Source: Octopus bimaculoides (taxonomy: Eukaryota). From it: a stretch of 64,000 bases of DNA. How positions within the stretch are numbered: the first letter of the stretch is position 1; every line of letters begins with the position of its first letter. The translations under genes were made by a program, and so were the position numbers. The notes below the pieces were generated by a model. The model ran no database searches. It was not told where the DNA came from and saw only the letters and a list, made by a program, of their open reading frames with translations. Positions 52,857 to 64,000 of the stretch are shown here, piece after piece. Location of the stretch: NCBI RefSeq assembly GCF_001194135.2, contig NC_068992.1, forward strand, positions 453,092 through 517,091. Direction: 5' to 3'.

Positions 52857-55800
52857 GTCTGTCTGTCTGTCTGTCTATCGGCCTATCTATTTCTCTCTCT
52901 TTCCCTCTCTCTTTCCATCTCTTTCTCTCTCTTTCTCCTCTCTCTCTCTCTCTCTCTCTCTNNNNNNNNNNNNNNNNNNNNNNNNNNNNNNNNNNNNNNN
53001 NNNNNNNNNNNNNNNNNNNNNNNNNNNNNNNNNNNNNNNNNNNNNNNNNNNNNNNNNNNNNNNNNNNNNNNNNNNNNNNNNNNNNNNNNNNNNNNNNNNN
53101 NNNNNNNNNNNATATATATACATACATGCAGTCATACGCACATGCATATAACGTACGTAAACACATACAGATATACGCGCACATATAACTACATTTATGT
53201 AAAAAGTAAAAGCATGAATTATTTTCTTCTAACAACCTTACTAAACTTCAAAACCTAAATGTTTCTTTTCTCTACATACACAAAAAGCTTTAAATTTACC
53301 TATCATTGTTAGTAGAATTTCGATTTTTGCAAAGTAAACCTATTAAAAGTTTAAAATATCAATGAAACACAATAAACTATCTTTGATTAATTGAATATTG
53401 TATAATTTTAATTTTTATTGTCAATATTTTTGGGTTTTGTTTTTCGTTTTATCTATCTTCTAAAGTTAACAGAATTATCGATAAACATAGATACCAAGAA
53501 AATAATGCCGAGAGAATAATAATGATAATAAAAATAATAATTTATGTATTATCGTAATAACGAAAATAACAACAAAGATAACGGAATTTTTGATACGCAT
53601 ATAAGGCTAGCAAAACGTTGGGTATATAGATATACGGATACACACACATATATCTATATATTCGCATGCAAACTCACACATACACGCGCATATATTTACT
53701 TTTGTACACGTACAATCGTATGTACGGACATATTTAAAGGAAATTTTAATTAAAAATGAAACATAAGAACAAAAGTAAAAATGAAAATTATATGAAATAA
53801 TATAGATAAGACATTAACCTGAAGAGGAAAAAAACTAGCTAAAATACAAAAATATGTCATTAAATGCAGTTGCAATCAATATTCACATTTGCATGAAAAC
53901 AAACATTAAAGCAAAACATGATGTTAACAATACAAAACGTTTGTATAGGAAACCAGGCAACAAAATGTGTAATGAAAGGAGAAAACATGTATAATGAAAT
54001 TATAAATGTTTAGGTGCTATTAAAGAGTAAAATACCGTCAAATAGTAAACTTGCAATGAAATAATCTTCGATTTAATTAATAATTAAAATAAATATCTAG
54101 TGGAATTATGTAAAATGTTGCAAAGATTTGACGAAAATGCATTCTAATATATCACATGATTCATATCAGTATAAGTTTTAAAAATTAGTTTCCGAGATCA
54201 AATCCACTGCCAATCTCGTTGTCTTTTACTGAAACGGATTCAAGGAAATGGGTATCAGTTATATATTGTGTTTTGAATGTTTTTTCCGACAACATTTTCC
54301 TCTATACTAATTGACTTTGTGTAAAAAAAAACTATTATTTTATAAAGATCTTCGGAAACCATGGCTACGGAGGAGTTATCTGTAACATTTTATTCACAAA
54401 ACATGAGTGGAAAATTGTTTGTTAGAGTGCTTTATCTCCATGTCAGCCATGATGAAACAAATTTATAATCAAAAAATTTCCGGCATTCATTTAGACATAA
54501 TGTATCAAGGACTACATTATTCAATGTGCTGTTTTAGTTGAAGATGATAGGATGTGATCTGAGCGAGATGCAACTATTATTTTTAACTGTCGATGCTCCT
54601 TTACTGACTCGGAATTTGAAGGAATATATTTTGTTTTTAGGAGAAAATTGAATATGCTAAAAGTACATTCGGACTTGTAAACAAGTCATTCACTGTGTTT
54701 TGTCATGGGAAAAATTTCTCGCTGTAGACATGTAGTGTAAACACATGGTGTAAGTATACCACAATTTTTAAGAAATGAATTGCAGTGGAAATATATAGTC
54801 AGTACAAGGTGATGTGACCGCGTGTATCTTATTACAAGAGTTCATAAAGAGATGAAGAATAAATTCAAGACCTATATATTTACTATATAAAAATATATTT
54901 TATTTGCTGGTCGATGCTGATACAGGGAAACAAAATGTAGAATCTAGTTGAATGACGTAATCTATGTATGGAAGTTCAGAGATAGAAAATGTAGAAATAA
55001 CAGCTAAGTGATGGTTTTCAGTCCTGTGGTGTAGAGAAAAATAGACGGACATAGCAATGACGTGAATGGCTTTAAGTCTAATCGACTAAGAAGCGAAAAG
55101 CTGGGCTAGCTAGCTGTTTTTATTAATGGAACGCTAGACAGTCTAGACACATCCAAGAGAAACGCTAAGCTTCTTGAATAATTAAGGATCAGGTCTCATG
55201 ACACAAATGCTTAATCTTTCTTGCAAGGGAGATCATTCAACTATTTAGCTACCTACACCATTACAAAATCGATCACGTTGAGGTCCACAACTGGTCGACC
55301 CTGACCGACCTTATCTAAGATCAATAATATTCTCTCCTTAACATACAGATTTTTTTTCAGGTGGGGCTTAATCCGGACTACATTTTACATTATGTGAGAA
55401 GAATACAAAGGCGCAGTTTCAAGGAGATTTAACCGGTGTTTCGAGCAATCCGAGTGACTAGCATCAGGTTCGGGTTGTAGCGTCTTGATGCTTCATTATC
55501 ATTTGTTTCTCTGTTCGGTAGCTGCAGGGATTAATGTATTGAGATAGACAAAGTTAGAAATTATGTAGTCAAGTCATTTTTAACTGAAAACGAAACACTC
55601 ATCCCTGTCATTTAGGAAGATACGAGAGAAGTGTGAAGTATTATCGTCGGGTAGATTGTATGGAAAGTGTGTAAGAATGTCACTTGGAATAAATGTTGTC
55701 AGTCATCCTGAGTTTCAATGACCTGTTACCTGCTGATCTCTGTTCTCGTTATTTTAATTTTCTTTGATGACCAATTGTAGGCAAGCGAAATGTATGTTTT

Positions 55801-56402
55801 ATTGGTTTTATGGTTACTTTTTCTCATCAAGCAAGAAATTAGAATTTAGACAGCAGCAACAGAGCAATCGCGCATGTATGTATGTATGTATGTATGTATG
55901 TATGTATGTATGTGTGTATGTATGTACGTGTGTATGTACGTGTGTATGTATGTGTATGTGTGTACGTAGATATACATGTATGTTTATGTATGCATTCGTG
56001 TATGTATGTAGGTGTGTGTGTATTCAGGTATGGATGTAATTACTTGTGTGGATATGTATGCTTTGACTTCTGTATGTATGTACGCACAAATGTTTTCATG
56101 TCTACATGTGCATATATACAGTTATTACATGGTAAACTTCTGAAATGCTTAACATATTTTCACAATACCTTTTATAGCTTGTAGCTGTAGTTTCTTAATT
56201 AGCTGTGTTCTTTCTGGTTTTGTGAAACCCAGATTAGATATTTAAGTAAATGTTAGTGAAGTTGGTTACGTATCTTGCATGGCAAAAACATATTATTCAA
56301 TGTAAAATCTGCTGTTAATGCTGAATGTTAGTCCAAAATATATCATTTTTGGTTATCTATGCCTCTGTCACTTTGAAACTTTCGAGTAAGATAGCCCTGC
56401 AT

Positions 56403-56616
56403 GAAGGCGGCGAGCTGGCAGAAACGTTAGCTCGCCGGGTGAAATGCTTAGCGGTATTTCGTCTGTATTTACGTTCTGTGTTCAAATTCCGCCGAGGTCG
56501 ACTTTTGCCTTTCGTCCTTTCGGGGTCGATAAATTAAGTACCAGTTGTGTACTGGGGTCAATCTAATCGACTGGCCCTCTCCCACCAAAATTTCGGGCCT
56601 TGTGCCAAGAATAGAA
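56403..56616 (+). mobile_element. tRNA-headed SINE, family A, with perfect 18-bp TSD
   Basis: AAGATAGCCCTGCATGAA at 56388-56405 and 56617-56634; A-box-like AGCTGGCAGAAACGTTAG and B-box-like GTTCAAATTCC. Confidence 0.92.
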
Positions 56617-57309
56617 AAGATAGCCCTGCATGAATGGATGATATGTATATATATATATCTTCTCTTATGATGACTTGTTCCAGTATAATCGTGAAAGTTT
56701 TGTGGGTGAATATCCCTGGTTATCAGTCAGAAAGTTCTCAGAGACTCTTTTCCAAATCCCATGATATCATCTAACTTGCATATGCAATCTTGACTCATGG
56801 ACTCACTTTGACACTTGTTGATTAGCAGATGCTACCCACAAGATATAGAATAAAATTCAAAAGCTGTTTGAATCGATGTTAAACCTCCGCCACTTTTCGT
56901 TGTAATTATACTGGTAATGCCGAAAATTCTGGTATAGTTTACTTTTCAGGTTCTAGCATCACTAGTTTGGACTTCAACTAACGTCTAATCGAAAAGGTAT
57001 TAGCTTTTAAAAAAAAACAAAAAACAAAAAAACATTGTAGTTATTTAATGCGTAGAAAGTCCTTAGGGACATATTTTAAAATCCAGGTGTTATATTACCT
57101 GGTTACACATACCTTGTTATAAGTTTAATCGCAAAATATATTTTCATTCTTCCTCAACTAATATAAGAAAACTAAACAGAACTTGATAGAAAGGTTGCAA
57201 GAGAGACTTGCAGTTCTACTTCATGTAGGAAAACTTATCATAAAAATGTTCAATCTTTCCTTGGAAAATTTCATCAAAAATACGTTTCAACTTTTGATAT
57301 TTTCACTCC

Positions 57310-57450
57310 CTTACCTCAATGCTTTTGCATTCACAACATGGCTGCTTCTGCAATGATTATTGACAGCTACATTATCTGGATCATCAGCGCTACCTTTTGG
57401 TAATATAGTAATTGTCGTACTTAGATGTGTTGCCGCACGTAATAATATAA
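57310..57450 (-). pseudogene. Possible LINE reverse transcriptase N-terminal remnant
   Basis: TTITILPKGSADDPDNVAVNNHCRSSHVVNAK resembles A.I.PI.KKG...DP.NYRPISL; single weak motif. Confidence 0.35.
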
Positions 57451-58117
57451 ATGCTGTAGGGAGGTGCGCTTTATTAACTGTTATAAATTCGTTTATTATT
57501 TGTGAAGTTGCCTCACAGTGAAAAATAAAAACACAATCACAATCTTCCCATTTCCGTTCACCAAATGTCGCTTGTTGCTGCAATTGTTTTGCTAGGAAAT
57601 AGTTTCGCTCTGGGTAAAGTCCTCTATTTATATTATGAATTGAGGGATCGTATTTGACTATTTTATAGCAATTATGTAAGTCATTTTTCACATCATAACT
57701 CCAAAGAAAATATACTTTCTAATTTGCATTTCTTTTACGACTACAACTATTATGATTGAATTTATGGGCTTTCGCCAATGTTTGTCCAGCCATATTTGTA
57801 TTCATTCTCAGCACGACAAATTCAGGTTCAGAAGAAATATCTCTACGATTTTGAATAAAAGATTTTTCCAATGGATGAATTCTGAAGAATACACAGTTAT
57901 TAAAAAGGCTGATAATTGGACATTAATACTAGGAAAAGAAATCATCGAGAATTCAGAAACAAGTCTGCCTCGGCAAATAAACGTCTGTTCACGCCAAGGT
58001 TATGTATGTATGTATATATGTATGTGTATTTACATGTCCATATTTATATAAGTATATATACATATATACATGTATATAAATATATATATATATGCATACA
58101 TATATAAATATACATAC

Positions 58118-58182
<65 letters not shown>

Positions 58183-58724
58183 NNNNNNNNNNNNNNNNNN
58201 NNNNNNNNNNNNNNNNNNNNNNNNNNNNNNNNNNNNNNNNNNNNNNNNNNNNNNNNNNNNNNNNNNNNNNNNNNNNNNNNNNNNNNNNNNNNNNNNNNNN
58301 NNNNNNNNNNNNNNNNNNNNNNNNNNNNNNNNNNNNNNNNNNNNNNNNNNNNNNNNNNNNNNNNNNNNNNNNNNNNNNNNNNNNNNNNNNNNNNNNNNNN
58401 NNNNNNNNNNNNNNNNNNNNNNNNNNNNNNNNNNNNNNNNNNNNNNNNNNNNNNNNNNNNNNNNNNNNNNNNNNNNNNNNNNNNNNNNNNNNNNNNNNNN
58501 NNNNNNNNNNNNNNNNNNNNNNNNNNNNNNNNNNNNNNNNNNNNNNNNNNNNNNNNNNNNNNNNNNNNNNNNNNNNNNNNNNNNNNNNNNNNNNNNNNNN
58601 NNNNNNNNNNNNNNNNNNNNNNNNNNNNNNNNNNNNNNNNNNNNNNNNNNNNNNNNNNNNNNNNNNNNNNNNNNNNNNNNNNNNNNNNNNNNNNNNNNNN
58701 NNNNNAGAAACTATCGTCATACAC

Positions 58725-59090
<366 letters not shown>

Positions 59091-59378
59091 GTAGTATTTA
59101 TTTTTGTAATTTATACTATAGTATCATTATTTTTATTATCATATTTTTCTGTTTTGCATAGATGCGAATTAACGTATGGTAAATATAAAATTGCCAGATT
59201 AGCTAAAGAAAGGAAACTTTGTGTTAGGAAAATCAAGCATAAAGAAGGTATAGCAACATCGAGATGTGTCCCTTTTAAAATATATGAGAAGAAGGCAAAT
59301 CATTTTATCTTAGAAGTTTTGAAATACATCAAAAGAATTATTAAATATTCGATTGGACTGTCATTAAAGTAAAACCTA

Positions 59379-59442
<64 letters not shown>

Positions 59443-59683
59443 GTATGCATATATATGTAAATATATAAATATATATATATATATATGCAATTATATACTC
59501 ACACAGACACGCACATATGTATTTATGTATATTTATGATTATAATATATTGAAATTCTTAAAGTAGTTATGTATATGAGGCGTGTACACACCCAGATTAC
59601 ATATGCACATATATTTATATATATAGATATATATAAATACATGTGTACACACATTTATACAATAGTGCGCGCACACAGACACA

Positions 59684-59724
<41 letters not shown>

Positions 59725-60107
59725 ATACATATTGGTATTGATATTTTCAATAAATCGATGTTAAGCGTTATTAATATAATTTTATAAGATAAATGAAAAG
59801 CGCCCCCGGCACTGAAATGGTATCTAACAAAAGACTGTTTCAATAAAATTTGGTTTCATATTTCCGCCTCTTACAAGAATCTATGAAGCGGATCGATCGT
59901 CTGAAAATCACAGATTCTTAGAAAACAGACATTTGGACCCTAGTATCGTTAAAATCTAACGGAAACACATTATTGTACCTTTTGAAAACTCATATAACTT
60001 CGTGTAAAGATAATCGGCATTTACATACTCTTTTATCATTATATACATTTACTCATCTCGTATGGGAAGTTTTACATGCACATATATACACACACTCATA
60101 TAAACGC

Positions 60108-60449
60108 ACCGTATTTGATGGCCTATAAGACCCACCCCCTTTTTTTAACCCCCAAAATGGTTTAAAGTATTCCCCTTCCTCCAATGCACTCAATGTAGGC
60201 TGAAAACTCGCTGAAAACCGTATGTATGTTTACAAAACGTGTGCTGCCATCTATTGGTGAACAATTCCTACGGTATGTTTATATCGAATGCGGATACAAT
60301 AAATTGTTTATAATTATCGGTTATAACATAAAGTTATACAGGTAAGTGGAGGAATTAAAACATTTAGTGGTAATTTATTTCACAAAAGTATAGCCTAGTC
60401 TAGTGTGCGTCCTTTGCACGCATGCGTCTTATAGGCCATCAAATACGGT
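60108..60449. mobile_element. 342-bp MITE with perfect 24-bp TIRs (Tc1/mariner-pogo superfamily type)
   Basis: ACCGTATTTGATGGCCTATAAGAC at 60108-60131 and its exact reverse complement at 60426-60449; the right end reads TA (60449-50), the left end CA; no coding capacity. Confidence 0.85.
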
Positions 60450-61139
60450 ATATTTCGTCATCAGGAATTTTCGTGGTTTGAGGATGATTATGCACCAAAT
60501 CTGACTTCTGTGAATCCATACGTGACCTTGATGACCAATAGTTCTCAACCTCCGTTTTTTTTTACCTGTAGCTCTCTTTGGTCCATATCTTACTCGGGTG
60601 GACCCTCATAGCCATCGAAAGTTCAAAATATCCTATTACATTGTGTAAAACAATTTTTTGTTCTTGGGTAGCAACTGTTATTTCTTGTTTACTTATACTT
60701 TGAAGACATGAAAAATGGCTAATACTTCCATCAAACTTTGCTTCCGTTATATTTATTTCTGAACAGTTATGTTACTAAGTCAAACAACATTTTTAAGCCT
60801 TCCAACTATCATCTCTTAGATGAAATGATATGTGTTTATTTTAGTTACTACAGGAAAAAGTAATTCAGAAGGTCTGTCAATGAATAAATAAATAAAAACG
60901 AGCTTTCATAATGGAAAGGCATTCAACCGACGCAGCATGCACCCGGCTGCAGTGCTGTGGCGCTCAGTTTCATCATGCGTCACATCAGTTACTTTATAGA
61001 TCTAGAGATGTTTGAGGGAATGTACATTTGGTAGAAGAGTGCTCAATGTCTTGAGTATTTCTAGCGTTTCAAATTTAGAAGGTTGTCCATTGGAAATGAA
61101 ATTAATCTAGATAAATTTCCAAGACAACAACGACGATCA

Positions 61140-61330
61140 GACAGCGAAAATAAGGGAAAATCGACGCCTGACTTCCGGTAAATTTAGCTTTCGAATAAGT
61201 AAGCAGCTATAACAATTCGCATCACATGATTTTAAACGAAAAATTGAAGATGGTTGTGTTGCCGCAAAATTCGTGTCGTCTGCTGACGCTGAGTCAGTTA
61301 ATCCGGTACCTTTTTCGCTCTACTCTGTAT
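61140..61330. promoter_or_regulatory. Candidate promoter/regulatory patch
   Basis: Locally CpG-richer sequence with ETS-type ACTTCCGG (61171-78), TGAGTCA (61290-96) and a GTAAG donor-like site at 61199; no linked gene seen. Confidence 0.25.
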
Positions 61331-62149
61331 CTGAAACCTACAGATTTTTTATCCTCAAATTTAAACTTTACACTAAAACTTTGTGCTTATCAGACAGTAA
61401 AACTGGCTGAAGAAAATTCTTTATAAAACGCGACCCTAGCAATAAAAACTCTAAGAAGCGTTCTAAAAGTGAAAAAAATATTGGCAGCAGTGACTATTCT
61501 GGAATAGACATATCGAATTAAAATTAAATCGTGAGTAAAACAATAAACGCTTTTTTTTTTGAAAATTTGGTTTTTCTACAGACCTCGTATATATGTGTAT
61601 GTGTGTATACTTTGTGTACATACATCTGTCCTTATATACACACAGACAAACACACATTACATCTATATGTATGCAAAATAGGTTTTTGAAAACGGGTATT
61701 GAAAAAAAGACAATTTTGTAGCTTTATATTTTTTATATTGTCTTATTTTTTCATACATTCTTGTGAGATCTTCTGTTTGGAAAGTGAAGATTCCAAATAC
61801 ATTATTGACGTTTCTAAAATCTTCACTGTCTCCTCTTTTAGACAAAATGAGGTTGGTGCTTACGCTGTGTAAATGTGATTTGTGTTGACATTGCTAGCGG
61901 AATTTGAATTTTTACTGTTATATTTATAGCTCACCCGTTAAGTATATATTTTTGTGCGTGATTTAAGTCTCCTGTTTGTATATATTGGCACTGAGTTGTA
62001 TCTGATCAGGTTCTGATCATCGCTTTTTTACTTGTTTGGAAATAGCGTTTAAAATAGATATGTCATCTACTTATGATTCCCTATTCAGTCGAGTTATGTG
62101 TTGTGTGCTTCAATGTATTGCATTTGCTCCCAGTTGATCGTGTACAAAT

Positions 62150-63050
62150 GAATAATTGGGTTTTTGTCGTACTTGCAGGGCAAATATAACCACTGCAGCC
62201 GTGAAGTTTAAAACTTGCACGTTTGCAATCAATTTTATACGAGTTCTGTCCAAAGAGAAACAAGATTAAAAAAAGAATAGTTATTGATTTACGTAGAACT
62301 TAATCAGATTTGTCTCCTTCAAAAAAGTTTCGCTCAATGGTGATAAACTGCTCTCAACTGCAATGTTTTCGGTTTAAGAAGAGGCGGAGCGTGGTGTAGT
62401 ATTCAAATTTATTTGTCTATATCTCAGACTTCTAATTCGTTGTCGTAGCTTGGGTTTTGGCCACTCTGTGTGGTAACCAAATTGGTGGTGTCTGCCATAA
62501 AGGTAACATACCTTCAAGTACAGCAAACTCACGTATTTAAAAGGGCCATCCTGTGTGATTCGAAGTCCGCATGCCGCACGATTTCCTCTGACTTCACGCT
62601 GCATCTTTTGGGAAAGCTCATTATAAACAGTACCCTTCCAACTAAGAGACTTTCAACATCATTTTCATATTTGAGCCGTACGGACGTGCATTTTTCTCGT
62701 TCTAGAAATGATTTAACTCGTTGCCACGATTATCTTTATTTTTGACATCATAGCCTCACGCCCTCGCTTTGTCACCTGTTACGACACTTCTCAGAAAGTT
62801 TCCATCCACATTCGAATGATCAAACAGTTCCTAATTTAATTTGATTCGGATCTCTTATTCTTCATTTGTGAGCGGGCAATTCACTTGCATACTTTTCACT
62901 AATGTGATCATCGAACCATAGCGTGGAATTGTGTAGACTTCGGATCATCATCTGCTGCTATTTTCTTTGTAAAACGCCTGCAACAGCCGTGATATTCTGT
63001 ACTTGTAAAGAATTATAACGTTTACTAATTAAGTCCTACCATTAAATTAG
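62150..63050 (-). pseudogene. Degenerate mariner transposase
   Basis: Minus strand includes NVDGNFLRSVVTGDKARA*GYDVK (FL..VVTGDETW..GYD) and downstream remnants; ends approximate. Confidence 0.65.
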
Positions 63051-63094
63051 CCTCTTCCTGAGTCTCTGCTGGCTGAGTGATATTAGTGAGCTTG

Positions 63095-63225
63095 ACCATC
63101 ATTCCGGACGCTTCAATGATTTCACGCAAGCACGCCAGCCATCACAGTCCACTATGCATGTTCTTAATTCGTCAACATTTGCCATTCTACTCTCCTGAAG
63201 CAATGTAACATCTCACTAATATGAT
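63095..63225 (-). pseudogene. Possible RTE LINE 3' end
   Basis: Minus strand MANVDELRTCIVDCDGWRACVKS resembles RTE ORF ends (L...M.DR..WR..V). Confidence 0.4.
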
Positions 63226-63243
63226 ATGTGACACTGAATACAT

Positions 63244-64000
63244 TACGAGGGTCGGCTGAAAAGTTCACATGCTGACCAGGACACTCTCATGGAATGCGAC
63301 TAAATGAGATTTATATTTCAGCAGAGTCCCTCTTGCGGTCACTCAGCTTTTCCATCAGCGTTTCAGTGTTTCGATCCCATTGATAAAGAAACTTTCATTC
63401 TGTTGGTCAAAAAAAGTCATCACCAGCAGATATGACGTCATTATCACTGCGATACTGGTTCCCAACAAAACGTTTTTGATGTTGAAGAATCGATGATTGT
63501 CAGACGAGGCCAAAACAAGAGAATAAAGAGGGTGAGTGACTAGTTCAAAGCCACAATCAGGCACAGCAGCAACTGAAACGAAGGCCTTGTATGCTGGAAC
63601 ATTGCCTTCATGAAACAAGACCCTTTCGTCAGTTTTTTAGGTGTTTGGTCTTGACAGCTTTTCGTAAATGCTTCAGCAAGTTGGCTTAATACTCCTCAAT
63701 GATGGTGTGACACTTTTGAATATAGTCAATAAACACAATGCCTTTTGTATCCCCAAAAATCTGACACCATCACATTGCTTGCAGATGAAAGGGCCTTTGC
63801 ATTATTTGGAGCAGGTGAGGCGGAGTGTTTCCATTGAATGCATTATTTCTTTTCTCTGGCCCAAAATGATAAACCCAACACTCATCATGGATTAGGAAAC
63901 GCTCAAGGGAACCAGCTGGATCTGCCTCAAACAATGTCAGATATTAACGTGATGTGATCAGGCTGGTGCGCTTTTGATCAGGTGTTAGACGACGCGACAA
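63244..64000 (-). mobile_element. Mariner element (3' TIR and decayed catalytic domain), continues beyond window
   Basis: End TACGAGGGTCGGCTGAAAAGTTCA at 63244; minus strand HDECWVYHFGPE, VMVSDFW/TKGIVFIDYIQK, LFHEGNVP, HPLYSLVLASSDNHRFFNIKNVL (HPPYSPDLAPSD.HLF motif). Confidence 0.82.

Overview
AT-rich, microsatellite-dense animal genomic DNA from a gapped scaffold with 12 N-runs. The repeat landscape suggests an octopus or other cephalopod; this is inference, not database-checked. The only host coding sequence I can support is the terminal exon of NPHP4 (nephrocystin-4) at 6669-7194 (+). The rest is intron/intergenic sequence packed with several tRNA-headed SINE families and decayed transposons (mariner x4, hAT, Tigger/pogo, a TIR MITE, RTE, CR1-like and CRE-like retroelement remnants). 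The most interesting signal is a set of minimal type I hammerhead ribozyme (HHR) motifs of the kind known from Penelope-like elements. One family appears to be a tRNA-headed, (AAT)n-containing SINE-like element with an HHR in its 3' part. It is present as five fragments; the most complete copy (50067-50497) has a head-to-head inverted partial copy and a 12-bp target-site duplication inside a mariner element. A second, unrelated HHR with an intact core lies at 32494-32534. Most ORF-track entries are N-gap or microsatellite artefacts.
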